Of a stretch of 64,000 nucleotides of DNA, positions 9,859 through 19,681 are shown one piece after another (the first letter of the stretch is position 1; every line of letters starts with the position of its first letter). The stretch is from contig CAZBFO010000004.1 of the NCBI GenBank assembly GCA_964491475.1, positions 67,290-131,289 on the forward strand. The letters are read 5' to 3'. The notes below the pieces were generated by a model. The model worked only from the letters and a program-made list of their open reading frames with translations, had not been told where the DNA came from and did not search any database. Both the position numbers and the translations under genes were made by a program. The stretch is from an uncultured Gammaproteobacteria bacterium (GTDB taxonomy: Bacteria; Patescibacteriota; Patescibacteriia; SG8-24).

Positions 9859-10929
9859 TCAGCGGCCCAACTCCCAGGCGGGATCGACTTCCGCCTTCTT
9901 GCCATCGTCAAATTTGCGCCGCTGGGCGGCGAAATAGGCGGCCATGGCGATCATGGCGGCGTTGTCGGTGCAGTAGGAGAACGGCGGCTCGACGAAACGG
10001 ACCAAGGGCAGATGATGCTCCAGGCGAGAACGAAGCGTCGTGCGCAGCTTGGGGTTGGCCGCGACTCCGCCTGCCAAAATCACCGTTTTTACCTTGGATT
10101 CGTGCGCCGCGCGGACGGTCTTGGCCATCAGCACGTCGACGATGGCCTGCTCCACTGAAGCGGCCACGTCACGCACGAACTGCGGGTCCGACAACCGTTC
10201 CTTTTCTTTCTGCAGGAAGTAACGGACGGCGGTCTTGAAACCGGAGAACGAGAACTCGTGGTGCTTTTCGTTCATGAACGGCCGCGGAAAATCGAAGGCT
10301 TGCGGATTACCCTCCTTAGCCAGGCGTGAAATGGCCGGACCGCCCGGATAACCGAGGCCCATCAGCTTGGCAGCCTTGTCGAAAGCCTCGCCGGCGGCGT
10401 CGTCACGCGTGGCCCCGAGCAGCTTATAACGGCCGTAGTCTTTCATCAGCAGCAGCTCGGTATGGCCGCCGGAAACGACCAGCACCAGCGCCGGAAAGAC
10501 GCCGTCGGGGTCCTTGAGCGCCGGCTCCAGCGGAGCGCCGGGCAACCACGCCGAGGCCACGTGCCCGTCGATGTGATTCACGCCGATCAGCTTCTTGTTC
10601 CAGGCAGCTGCGAGTGCGCGAGCGGTGTCGAAACCCACTTTGAGCGACGTTACCAATCCCGGCCCGCGGGTAGCGGCAACGACGTCCACCATTTTGCCGA
10701 GCGCGCGGCCATCGGCATTGCCGACCAACTTCTGGGCGAGCGCGGCAAGCAGCACCGGCACAGTTGCCGAGTGCTCGCGCGCCGCGACTTCCGGCACCAC
10801 GCCGCCATACATGGCGTGGATGGCCTGGGTGGCCACCAGCGGCTCGAAACGCAAAATCTTGCCGTCTTTCACTTCGAGAAAGGCGGCTGCTGATTCGTCG
10901 CAGGAGGATTCGAGGGCTAGGATGCGCAT
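9859..10929 (-). CDS. tsaD: tRNA N6-threonylcarbamoyltransferase TsaD
   Basis: ESSCDE, GGVVPEVAAREH, GPGL, NHIDGH, VSGGHT, DDAAGEAFDK, TDNAAMIA. Confidence 0.97.
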   Translation of the reverse strand: MRILALESSCDESAAAFLEVKDGKILRFEPLVATQAIHAMYGGVVPEVAAREHSATVPVLLAALAQKLVGNADGRALGKMVDVVAATRGPGLVTSLKVGFDTARALAAAWNKKLIGVNHIDGHVASAWLPGAPLEPALKDPDGVFPALVLVVSGGHTELLLMKDYGRYKLLGATRDDAAGEAFDKAAKLMGLGYPGGPAISRLAKEGNPQAFDFPRPFMNEKHHEFSFSGFKTAVRYFLQKEKERLSDPQFVRDVAASVEQAIVDVLMAKTVRAAHESKVKTVILAGGVAANPKLRTTLRSRLEHHLPLVRFVEPPFSYCTDNAAMIAMAAYFAAQRRKFDDGKKAEVDPAWELGR

Positions 10930-11044
10930 GCGATTGCGTAAGTGGTAAAGCGTTAGGGAGCGTACGATATTTGCGCCGTTTTATCAACCCTTTTCGGATC
11001 TCGCACAACAAAAAACGACCCGCAATTGCGGATCGAAATCAGAG

Positions 11045-12238
11045 TCATTTCTTCCCGGTAAGGCCCGGGAAGATTTTTTTGATTCTCTCGTACAGCAGGC
11101 CGATGTCGTGCAGGGCCGTGGCCGCCTGTTCGCGGCGCAAGTTCTGATGCAACAGGACATTGCCGCTCTTGGCCGCTGCGGCCGCCTTGGTCAGCGCCCG
11201 CGTCTTGCGCATGGCCGGCCACTGGATTTGCTCCATCTCCGCCTGCCTCTCGGCATCGATGCCGCGTTTGGCCATCAGCCAGGCGCGGTCGGGGCTGTCG
11301 ACCACGATGACGTTGTTGTTCGTCCATGAGCCCATCCGCATTTCGGCCGTCTGCGCCCATTCGACCACGACCAGTCCCTTTGCCGAGGCCAATGCCTCGC
11401 GGTACTTGCGGGCGACGTGCGGCATGGTGAGCTCGGTCACGAACTGACGATGATGATCGGCGCCGGGCAAGAACAGCGTTTCGGCCAGGCGTTTCCGGTT
11501 CACGATCAGGCGATCGTCCGAAAGGATGCCGACGCCGAATCTGCGTGCCAGCTCGTCACGAACGGCCTGCGCTCCCGGCGAATCCTCGTCGTAAACGTCG
11601 CGCAGCAGCTGGTCGACGTTGACGTGCTTGGCCTCCAGTTTTTCGAAGCGCGCCAGTCGCGCCAGCTCTGCCGCCACCCAGCTCTTGCCAACCGCGATGC
11701 AGCCGGTGACGCCGATGCGGTACTGGCCGAGCAGACGTTCTTCGAGCGACTGCTTCACGAACATCGGCACGAACTTGTCGACGTCCAGACGCTGCAAGAC
11801 AAACCCTTTGACCATCGACGAGGACACGATGTGCAGCTCGCGAGTGGCATCGAGATATTCGATCTGGACTTGCGGCAGGATGAGCCGGTTCAGCTCCGCC
11901 TGCTCGTCCTCGTACTCGAGATCCTTGGCGTTGCGCACGCCGCGGAACAGCCGGTCGCAGCCGTGATACAGGTAGACGTCGACCAGCAGACCGCCGGAGC
12001 CGACTACTGTGGCGTGGCGGATGCCCGCCTCGCGCACGGCGCGCTCGGTCATCTGCACGCGCTCGTCGAGCGTGTACAGGTAGGACCCGGCCTTGCGCTC
12101 GTTGTTGGCAACGAGCACCACCAGCTCTCGGCACAGCTCCTTGGCGCGGCCGATCAGGTCCAGGTGCCCGTTGGTGACGGGATCTGCAGACAGGGCGACG
12201 AGGCCCTTTTTGTACTTGGGCATCGTTGCTTGGCTCAT
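11045..12238 (-). CDS. coaD: bifunctional phosphopantetheine adenylyltransferase / dephospho-CoA kinase (CoaD-CoaE fusion)
   Basis: DPVTNGHLDLI (T/HxGH), RGVR...DLEYE, VSSSMVK; then IGVTGCIAVGKS Walker A, NRKRLA...F, EQIQWP typical of CoaE. Confidence 0.88.
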   Translation of the reverse strand: MSQATMPKYKKGLVALSADPVTNGHLDLIGRAKELCRELVVLVANNERKAGSYLYTLDERVQMTERAVREAGIRHATVVGSGGLLVDVYLYHGCDRLFRGVRNAKDLEYEDEQAELNRLILPQVQIEYLDATRELHIVSSSMVKGFVLQRLDVDKFVPMFVKQSLEERLLGQYRIGVTGCIAVGKSWVAAELARLARFEKLEAKHVNVDQLLRDVYDEDSPGAQAVRDELARRFGVGILSDDRLIVNRKRLAETLFLPGADHHRQFVTELTMPHVARKYREALASAKGLVVVEWAQTAEMRMGSWTNNNVIVVDSPDRAWLMAKRGIDAERQAEMEQIQWPAMRKTRALTKAAAAAKSGNVLLHQNLRREQAATALHDIGLLYERIKKIFPGLTGKK

Positions 12239-12407
12239 GACGCTTTTCCTTTTGTGAAGGTTGCCGGCACTTGAGCCGACGGCCAACTGTAGCAGCGCCG
12301 ACGGTCGCTGTCAATCGTAAAAAGCCCGTCAGCATTGACGAAACGGAACCTCGATGACACATTGTGAACGCGTCCTTTAGAGACAGACCAACCCGCAGAG
12401 GCGTACG

Positions 12408-13565
12408 ATGTCCGTCAAAAAATACCTGGTGTTCGGAACCGGCAAGATGGGCAAAGCCATCGCCTACGACCTGCTCCACACCGACCCGAACTGTCACGTG
12501 ACCTTGGCCGATGCGAGCCCCTTGAGCCTGCTCGAGACGCTCTACGCGCTCCCCCAGGAGCGCGTGACCACCATCGTCTTCGACGGCGACAAGGAAGACG
12601 TCGCGTCCATCGCCGGCCGCATGCGCGGTCACCACGTGGCCATCGGCGCGGCACGCTACGACTTGCTCCCCAAGCTGACCGAAGCGGCCATCGCCAGCGG
12701 CACGCATTTCTGCGACCTCGGCGGTCACGCCGGCATGGTCGAGCAGCAGTTCGCGATGCACGATCGCGCCAAGGCGGCAGGCGTCCGCGTGCTCCCCGAC
12801 TGCGGCGTCGCGCCCGGCTCGGTGAGCGTGCTGGCCAAGCTGGCCATCGACAGCGTTCCCGACGTGGAGCGCGTGCTCATCCGCGTGGGGGGCCTGCCGC
12901 AAAAGCCGACCGGCCCGCTCAAGTACGCGCACGTCTTCTCCATCAACGGCCTCCTGGGCAACTACCTGGAGCAGACCGAGATCCTGCGCGACGGCAGGCG
13001 CGAGAAGACCGAGTCGCTGCGCGGCAACGAGTACCAGTTCTTCCCGGAGCTGGGCCAGCTCGAAGCCGCCTACACCGCCGACGGCTCCTCGACCCTCACC
13101 AAGACGTACGAAGGCCGAGTGAAAGACCTCGACTACAAGACGCTGCGGTACAAGGGCCACTGGGACGTCATCAGGACGATGCAGGCGCTCGGCATGTTCA
13201 GCAGCGACCTCATGCTCAAGGCCGGCGACGCCGAAGCGTCGGCACGCCAGTTCACCGAGCAGCTGCTCCTCGCCACCTTGCCCGTCGGCGTCCCCGACCT
13301 CCTGGTCATGCGCGTGGCCGCGCTCAACCGCGAGCGCAAAGGCCTGGTGCTGGACCTCGTCGACAGGATGGATCCCGCCACCGGCCACTCGGCCATGCAG
13401 CGCACCACCGGCTACTCCGCCTCGATCTGCGCCCAGATGCTGGCCTCCGGCGAAATCGCCGACACCGGCGTGCTCAAGCACGAAGACGTCGTGCCGCCGA
13501 CACGGTTCGTGGAAGAGTGGGACAAGCGCGGCATCAAGCTGACGCGGTACGACAAGATTCCGTGA
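12408..13565 (+). CDS. saccharopine dehydrogenase / lysine 6-dehydrogenase family oxidoreductase
   Basis: GTGKMG Rossmann motif, FCDLGG, DCGVAPG, VGGLPQ, YKTLRYKGH, SAMQRTTG. Confidence 0.88.
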   Translation: MSVKKYLVFGTGKMGKAIAYDLLHTDPNCHVTLADASPLSLLETLYALPQERVTTIVFDGDKEDVASIAGRMRGHHVAIGAARYDLLPKLTEAAIASGTHFCDLGGHAGMVEQQFAMHDRAKAAGVRVLPDCGVAPGSVSVLAKLAIDSVPDVERVLIRVGGLPQKPTGPLKYAHVFSINGLLGNYLEQTEILRDGRREKTESLRGNEYQFFPELGQLEAAYTADGSSTLTKTYEGRVKDLDYKTLRYKGHWDVIRTMQALGMFSSDLMLKAGDAEASARQFTEQLLLATLPVGVPDLLVMRVAALNRERKGLVLDLVDRMDPATGHSAMQRTTGYSASICAQMLASGEIADTGVLKHEDVVPPTRFVEEWDKRGIKLTRYDKIP

Positions 13566-13570
13566 ACAAT

Positions 13571-13595
13571 ACCCCGCGATTGCGGGGTCTTTTTT
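13571..13595 (+). terminator. intrinsic terminator
   Basis: ACCCCGC-GATT-GCGGGGT followed by CTTTTTT. Confidence 0.75.
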
Positions 13596-13665
13596 ATGCC
13601 GTTCGAGCATTGACAAAACGCCTGTTTGCTGATATATACCCAGCACGAAAGGACGCAGCACGACC

Positions 13666-14115
13666 GTGGAAAAACAAGCGCAGGAATGGTCAAAGTGGTC
13701 TCGCTATTACGAAAACAGGTCGACGTACAACGGCGACCCCAAAATCGTCATCGGTGACGTTTTTCTGGACGACATCGACGCCAAACACGCATTTTTCGAC
13801 ATCAAGAACGCCAAGGGCGGAATCATCGAGCGCTGCCTCATCTTTAAGACGTACGAGGCCGGAGAATCGGGAGGCGAACCGTCTTATCCGACCACTACGG
13901 TTAAGCTCGCGGCCAAAACGCGCGACGGATGGACGATTGCTCTTGATGAAGAAACGCTCCTGCGTCGCTCCGCCGGCTCGATCAAGAAGGAGCAGCAGGC
14001 AAAGAAGAAGGAAAAAAAGCGCAAGCTCGAAGACGAGAATCGCGCTCTTGCAGAGCGTCAACGCGAGCTCACGCAAGAGCTCGCTCAGGTCACCGGCAAA
14101 TTGAAACGCGCGTAA
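13666..14115 (+). CDS. hypothetical protein with basic C-terminal coiled coil
   Basis: TTGACA promoter at 13610, GTG start, terminator AAAAGGCCTTCC/GGGAGGCCTTTT downstream. Confidence 0.65.
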   Translation: MEKQAQEWSKWSRYYENRSTYNGDPKIVIGDVFLDDIDAKHAFFDIKNAKGGIIERCLIFKTYEAGESGGEPSYPTTTVKLAAKTRDGWTIALDEETLLRRSAGSIKKEQQAKKKEKKRKLEDENRALAERQRELTQELAQVTGKLKRA

Positions 14116-14234
14116 GCACAGGCAAAAGGCCTTCCGTTCGGGAGGCCTTTTTTCACACCAACATTTGTAGTACAGGCTTGCTTTGCATGTCGTGAACCGC
14201 TACCATCAGCGAACAGTTTCACCAAGGAGACACC

Positions 14235-14687
14235 GTGAGCACATTGCAGCAGCAAATCGAGGCGCGAAAGAAAGAAGCGCACGACAAGCAGATCGAGGAG
14301 AAGGCCAGGGTCGTGGCCAGGCATCTGGGCACGGATCACCGGCCGTTCGAAGGCGTCTTTTGCAGCTACGAGTCCGACGATCTCTCGATTACGTTCCAAG
14401 ACAAGCACCTGATCAGCAGCGTGAGCATCGCCGCCAGCGGCACGATCATCACCTACGAAGGCAAGATCGTCTACCAATGCAGCAGCGAGAGGGCACCCGG
14501 ACCCTCGGGCGCCTGGGAAGAAATAGGCATCACCTGCTTCATCCCCGGCAAATGGGAGAAGCTCCTGGAGGAGTTGTACCAATCGGCACTGCCCAAAGCC
14601 GAAGCCGGACGCACCAGCGAATACCGCGAGCGCAAGCGCCGAGACCGCGAAGCCGAGGCAAAAATACGGGCAAAGTGGGGGCTCTGA
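14235..14687 (+). CDS. hypothetical protein
   Basis: AAGGAGA SD before GTG; coding-like codon usage; FIPGKWEKLLEELY segment. Confidence 0.7.
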   Translation: MSTLQQQIEARKKEAHDKQIEEKARVVARHLGTDHRPFEGVFCSYESDDLSITFQDKHLISSVSIAASGTIITYEGKIVYQCSSERAPGPSGAWEEIGITCFIPGKWEKLLEELYQSALPKAEAGRTSEYRERKRRDREAEAKIRAKWGL

Positions 14688-14794
14688 AGACTGGTGCGAT
14701 TCCTCGCGCCTTTTTATTTCGGCCCTCCCGACGCCTTGACGGACCGCCCTTTTTGGCCTAGTATTGGCTGTATCGTGAAAAACCAGACCACCGA

Positions 14795-14869
14795 GGTCCC
14801 ATCGTCTAACGGCTAGGACGACTCCCTTTCACGGAGTAAATAGGGGTTCGATTCCCCTTGGGACTACCA
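14795..14869 (+). tRNA. tRNA-Glu (TTC)
   Basis: Cloverleaf: acceptor GGTCCCA/TGGGACT, anticodon stem ACTCC/GGAGT with CT-TTC-AC loop, T arm AGGGG-TTCGATT-CCCCT, encoded CCA. Confidence 0.97.
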
Positions 14870-14986
14870 AAAGCGACTTCTCAAAACGAGGAGTCTCTTT
14901 TTGTTTTGTTTGTCACCACCTGACAATGGCAACGTGCTGCGTAAAGGTTTTCGTCGCGCCAAACAAAAAGACCTCGCAAAGAGGCC

Positions 14987-15832
14987 TCAAAATCGCATTC
15001 CGCGCACGCGTTCCCAATGCCCGTCTTCCGGCAGTCGCAGCAACTCGGACACGCGCGGCGCATACCGCACCTCGATGTGATCGCCCTGCCGGACGTCGGC
15101 AACACGGATGCCGTCCAAGAATAGCGCTGGCGGATGACGATGCCTTTCCGGAATGCCGAGGTTCGGCTCGATGCCGAGCAGGGCGAAACGTAACGAACGA
15201 CCCTCGGCCGAGAGCAGCAAGCCTGCCTGCGGCGCGACGGTGTCATGAATGCCTTTCACGTAGAGCGCGCGCACCGACGGGTCCATGCGCGGCGCATGCA
15301 GATGCACCGCCATCGGCGAGGTGGAACCGATCGCCGAACAGAGGCAGGCACCGGATCCGCGAATGTCCTTTACGAAGGCCGTTTCCTTGCCGCTGACCGA
15401 TTCTACGCGCAATCGCAGCCAGGTCATCGTGCACTCGATGGTGATGTCGTTGACCGCGCGATACGCCTGCTCGCCCCCAGAGGAGCGATGGATGACTTGC
15501 ATTGCGGGAATCGGCATGGGCGACAACCTGCCTTCAATGGCCTTGTCGAGCGTCTCGATGAGACGTTGGCGGTCGCGAACCGTCGTCAGGAAGCCCTCGT
15601 GGCCGAGATTGAACGCGAGAAGGTGCTGTCGGCGCTGTCCGTGAGCTCTCACCGCTTCAAGCAGCGTGCCGTCGCCGCCGAGCACCAGCAGCAGGTCGGC
15701 ATTTTGCGGGTCGCAAACGCGCATATTCGGATGATTTCGGCGCAAATGAGCCGCCAATTTTGCCTGCTCCGCAAGCAGCGCGTCAGTAACGACGCGGGAA
15801 AAGAACGCGTAGGTTTCGTAGTGTTTTCGCAT
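14987..15832 (-). CDS. nadK: NAD kinase (divergent)
   Basis: LVLGGDGTLL, NLGHEGFL, AVND short motif, GST motif, LFLDG. Confidence 0.8.
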   Translation of the reverse strand: MRKHYETYAFFSRVVTDALLAEQAKLAAHLRRNHPNMRVCDPQNADLLLVLGGDGTLLEAVRAHGQRRQHLLAFNLGHEGFLTTVRDRQRLIETLDKAIEGRLSPMPIPAMQVIHRSSGGEQAYRAVNDITIECTMTWLRLRVESVSGKETAFVKDIRGSGACLCSAIGSTSPMAVHLHAPRMDPSVRALYVKGIHDTVAPQAGLLLSAEGRSLRFALLGIEPNLGIPERHRHPPALFLDGIRVADVRQGDHIEVRYAPRVSELLRLPEDGHWERVRGMRF

Positions 15833-15878
15833 GTCTCCATGCTACCTGCCTCCGCGAAAATCGCCGCGTGGAACGCTG

Positions 15879-15905
15879 TATTTGTACTTTGAAAGTACAT
15901 TTGAA
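15879..15905. promoter_or_regulatory. palindromic operator TGTAC-N7-GTACA (site 1)
   Basis: TGTACTTT-G-AAAGTACA perfect inverted repeat at 15883-15899 between divergent nadK and oxygenase genes. Confidence 0.65.
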
Positions 15906-15997
15906 TGTCGACGGCGACCACCGCGGAAAAAGACCTGCTAGCGTGAAGGCACGAGGTACTCACGCCTCGCGCTCGTTCACACTAACGGAGAAACGCC

Positions 15998-16936
15998 ATG
16001 CAACACGATTACAACGGGTTCCCCAACCAGCACATCGCGCGGGAAATCGCCACGCGGTTTCCCAACAACGCGCGAGTCATCGTACACAAGGACCGAGACC
16101 TGCTGGTACCGGTCTTCGACCAGAAGGACGCGGCCATCCTGACGCCCAATGCCGCAGATGCCGGGATTTCGGTGTCCAATGACGAGCCTGTCGTCCGCGA
16201 CATCAACTCCACTTGGGACATCGGCAAGCACGCCGAAGCGCGGCGACCGGTGTCGCTCGGCGCAGTCGGTGAGGACATTCGCGAGGCGTTCGTGCGGCCG
16301 CTCCCCGTCTGGACGCAGCACGTGCTCGACATGCCCATCAAGTTCCCAGGCACCGACGTGCGCGTGCCGGGCGTGCTGGCCAGCGTCGTGCCGGCCATCC
16401 AGCGCGTGCTCGACGTCGAGAAGGCCTTGAACCCGCGCTATGACGAATACTACGCCTACCTTTCGGTCCATCAGGCGACCTTGGTGCGCGGCGAACGCAT
16501 GCGTGAAAATCCGTATCACGTCGACGGATTCCAAGGTCCGCGATGGGAGACCAAGCATCCGGTCAACCACAGCTACCTGCTGTCCGACGCCCTGCCGACG
16601 GTGTTCTACCCCATCGGCTTCCCCCTCGACCACATCGATCCCTGTTTCGACGACGTCTACGCGGAGTTCGCGCAGCGCATCGAGCGCGGACCGGGCGCGC
16701 CGACCTGGCGCGCGGAGGACTTCGAGCTGGTACTCATGGACGCCTACTGCGTGCATCGCGGCGACCTGGCCGACCGGCCGATGACCCGCACCTGGCTCCG
16801 CATCTCCTGGGAGACGCGCGTCTTCGACCGGCTCGGAAACACCCACAATCCCCTGTTTGCCTACGACTGGGAGATGGTCGCGCGAGACACCGATCCGCGA
16901 GTCCGTCCCCGACTTGCTGCCGCCGTGGCCGCGTGA
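15998..16936 (+). CDS. putative 2-oxoglutarate/Fe(II) dioxygenase superfamily protein
   Basis: YHVDG (HxD), CVHRG (distal His), RTWLR (2OG-binding Arg position); GGAGA SD. Confidence 0.6.
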   Translation: MQHDYNGFPNQHIAREIATRFPNNARVIVHKDRDLLVPVFDQKDAAILTPNAADAGISVSNDEPVVRDINSTWDIGKHAEARRPVSLGAVGEDIREAFVRPLPVWTQHVLDMPIKFPGTDVRVPGVLASVVPAIQRVLDVEKALNPRYDEYYAYLSVHQATLVRGERMRENPYHVDGFQGPRWETKHPVNHSYLLSDALPTVFYPIGFPLDHIDPCFDDVYAEFAQRIERGPGAPTWRAEDFELVLMDAYCVHRGDLADRPMTRTWLRISWETRVFDRLGNTHNPLFAYDWEMVARDTDPRVRPRLAAAVAA

Positions 16937-17023
16937 ACTGCAGCCGCCCACGACTTGGGCGGCTTTTTCTGTGCCGCGCCTGTCCGGGAGCCGGAAAGTG
17001 TGGGATACTTGGAGTGATATCCT

Positions 17024-17731
17024 ATGTGTTTTTCCGCTACGGCCAGCTTCGTTGCCGGCGGCACGTTGAGCGCGGCCGGCATCGCGGTGTTGCGGCGCGC
17101 CCGCACTCGCGAACGCATTCCGATCGCCTCGATTCCCCTGCTCTTCGGCGTCCAACAGCTGGTGGAAGGTGTCGTTTGGCTGACATTCTCGAGCCATCCG
17201 ACGATTCATGCCGCAGCCACAGTGCTCTTTGCGCTGTTCTCGCACGTCCTGTGGCCGTTCTACATACCGCTCGCGGTCATGCTCAACGAGACGGGCCCGA
17301 GGAGGAGGAAGGCCCTCAAATGGATGCTCGTCTTCGGCGTGTCGGTCAGCATCTACATGCTGTATTACGTCCTCACGGGACCGGTCTACTCGGAGATCGT
17401 TCAGAACTGCATTTACTACTATCTTCCCTATTCGGAATCGTACCTGCTGCTTGCCGCTTACGTCGTCGCCACCTGCGTCTGCTGCTTCATTTCGAGCCAC
17501 AAGTTCATCCGCACCTTCGGCCTGGCGGTCTTCGGCGGCTTGATCATCTCGCTGTGGTACTACCTGTACGCCTTCTATTCAGTGTGGTGCTACTTCGCGG
17601 CCATCTTGAGCCTGATCATCTACGTGCACTTGGGCCCGCGAAAGAAGTTGCAGGAAGTGGTGCAGAGGGTGAGAACCGAACTGCCGAAGCATCTCCCCAA
17701 ACTCCCGCCGATTGACCGCAAGCCCCGATGA
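17024..17731 (+). CDS. DUF6629-like multi-pass membrane protein
   Basis: MCFSATASF start, PLLFGVQQLVEG, SVWCYFAA. Confidence 0.8.
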   Translation: MCFSATASFVAGGTLSAAGIAVLRRARTRERIPIASIPLLFGVQQLVEGVVWLTFSSHPTIHAAATVLFALFSHVLWPFYIPLAVMLNETGPRRRKALKWMLVFGVSVSIYMLYYVLTGPVYSEIVQNCIYYYLPYSESYLLLAAYVVATCVCCFISSHKFIRTFGLAVFGGLIISLWYYLYAFYSVWCYFAAILSLIIYVHLGPRKKLQEVVQRVRTELPKHLPKLPPIDRKPR

Positions 17732-17749
17732 ACGTAGGGTGGAGCCACT

Positions 17750-18742
17750 ATGGACTCCCTCTCGGTCACGGCAGCCAAGAACGTCGGCGACATCATCCGC
17801 ATGGCGCTCAAACATGAGGATTCGCGCAAGGCGCTGGTGGTCTACGACCTCCGCACGCCGCTTTCGCGTCTCATCACCGAAGCGTACGCGTCGGCGCTGC
17901 CGAACGCCGTCCGCATGGACTTTGACGCGACCGCGCAAGCCGACGTCCTCGCCGCGATTCAGACGCTTTCGCCCAAGGACCTAGTGGTGCTGGTGCAATC
18001 ATCCAACTTCAGGTTGGCCGAGTACCGCATCCGCATCGAGCTGTTCCAGCGCGGATTGGCGGTCATCGAGCACGTGCACCTCGAACGCGCCGTCGACGAA
18101 CGGCAGCTGGGAACTTATGTCGACGCGCTCGCCTATGACACGGAGTACTATCGCGGCGAGGCGCGCAGGCTTAAGGAGAAAATCGACGCCGCCAAGACGA
18201 TTACGGTGCGCTGCATCGGCGGCACCGTCCTCACCTACGAGGGCGGAATGGAGGACACCAAATGGAATGTCGGCGACTACGCGGGGATGAAGAACGTCGG
18301 CGGCACCTTTCCCATCGGCGAAGTGTTCAGCGAGCCGCGGGACTTCTCCGGAGTCAACGGCGAAGCGATGGTCTTCTCGTTCGCGGGCACAGACCACGTG
18401 GTGCAGATGCACGAGCCGTTCAAGATCGTCATCGAGCAGGGCATCCTCACGCGGCACGAAGGTCCGCCGGGCTTCCAAGAAGTGCTCGACCAGATCAGCT
18501 CGGAAGAAAAAATCCTGGTGCGCGAGTTCGGCATTGGCCTGAATCGCGCCATGGACAAGACGCGCGTTCTCGACGACATCACCGCCTTTGAACGGCAGCG
18601 CGGCCTCCACTTTTCGCTGGGAGAAAAGCACGGCGTCTACAAAAAGCCCGGCATGGCCCCGAAAAAGACCCATTTTCACATCGACATTTTCGTCGACGTA
18701 GACGTAATCGAGGCCGACGGGGAGGAAATCTTCAGAGTCTAG
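17750..18742 (+). CDS. aminopeptidase T / M29-like thermophilic metalloprotease family protein
   Basis: FPIGEVF, VREFGIGLN, ER..GLHFSLG, HIDIF metal-ligand motifs. Confidence 0.7.
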   Translation: MDSLSVTAAKNVGDIIRMALKHEDSRKALVVYDLRTPLSRLITEAYASALPNAVRMDFDATAQADVLAAIQTLSPKDLVVLVQSSNFRLAEYRIRIELFQRGLAVIEHVHLERAVDERQLGTYVDALAYDTEYYRGEARRLKEKIDAAKTITVRCIGGTVLTYEGGMEDTKWNVGDYAGMKNVGGTFPIGEVFSEPRDFSGVNGEAMVFSFAGTDHVVQMHEPFKIVIEQGILTRHEGPPGFQEVLDQISSEEKILVREFGIGLNRAMDKTRVLDDITAFERQRGLHFSLGEKHGVYKKPGMAPKKTHFHIDIFVDVDVIEADGEEIFRV

Positions 18743-18801
18743 AGGAAATGACGCGACGCAAAAACGGGAGCCGGATGGGGCGCCCGTTTTTTCTGTCTTT
18801 A

Positions 18802-19677
18802 TCAGGAAAACAGTTCCGCATTGAATCCCTGCGAGAACCTGGCGCTCATGTCGGCGCCCACGGTCAGGAATGCAAAGTCAAAGTGCGGGGCGAGCGTTTC
18901 GGGACTTACCAGAAAAAGCGCGGTGGCGATGGCGTCTGCGACCATGGCGGTGTCGGCCACGACCCAAGCCGCCAGCAGGTGTCGCGGTGACAGCAGCGTA
19001 CGCGGGTCGATGATGTGATGATAATCCGCCCAGTTGCGACGATTGCCGGCAGAGCCGCAGATGCTCTCGTTGCCGAGCTCGACCACGCCGATCACTTGGC
19101 TGAAATTGCCGGGATGCTCCAAGCCGACGCGGCGCCGGCTGCCGTCGGTGCTGCAATGCAGGATGTCCTGCCCCGCATCGATGCAGAACGCCCGTACGCC
19201 GTTATCGAGCAGCACTTGGCCGACGATGTCTATCAGGTATCCTTTTCCGGCCGAGCCGAAGTCCAACCAGGCCGGCTGCTTCACTTCGAGCACCGGATGA
19301 TGATACGAGAGGGCGTCCTCCCAGCGCGGCGGCCGCGTGAGCGGCTGCGGCCTGAAGGAATACTTGGCGTCATAGCCCGCATCTACCATGACGTTGCCGA
19401 TCAGCGGCGTGAACCGTCCGTCGGTGAGATCATACAGCCGGCGGTAGATGGCCATCATCGGCGCAGCGTCGTCCGGGAGCGTATAGGTGCCGGCCTTGCG
19501 GGCCATCTCGGCAATCAGCGAATCCTCTCGAAAACGCGAGTAGTCACGGTCAAAAACGTCAATGCGCGCGAGAATCGCGCGCATCAACTGGTCCCGTTTT
19601 TCGGAAGAGACGTCCTGCAGCAGGTCGATCTTCCAGGTGGTGCCGATGGCGTCGAAGGCCAGCGGTTGGACCGGCAT
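18802..19677 (-). CDS. apbE: FAD:protein FMN transferase (ApbE)
   Basis: AIGTTW, SRFREDS, LDFGSAGKGY, HHIIDPRT, ADAIATALF. Confidence 0.92.
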   Translation of the reverse strand: MPVQPLAFDAIGTTWKIDLLQDVSSEKRDQLMRAILARIDVFDRDYSRFREDSLIAEMARKAGTYTLPDDAAPMMAIYRRLYDLTDGRFTPLIGNVMVDAGYDAKYSFRPQPLTRPPRWEDALSYHHPVLEVKQPAWLDFGSAGKGYLIDIVGQVLLDNGVRAFCIDAGQDILHCSTDGSRRRVGLEHPGNFSQVIGVVELGNESICGSAGNRRNWADYHHIIDPRTLLSPRHLLAAWVVADTAMVADAIATALFLVSPETLAPHFDFAFLTVGADMSARFSQGFNAELFS

Positions 19678-19681
19678 AGCG

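Noticed and set aside
14795-17139. tRNA-Glu as an integration site; 11-bp match TCGATTCCCCT at 17129-17139
   Set aside because: The match is short, lies inside a CDS and omits the tRNA 3' end. No integrase in the window.
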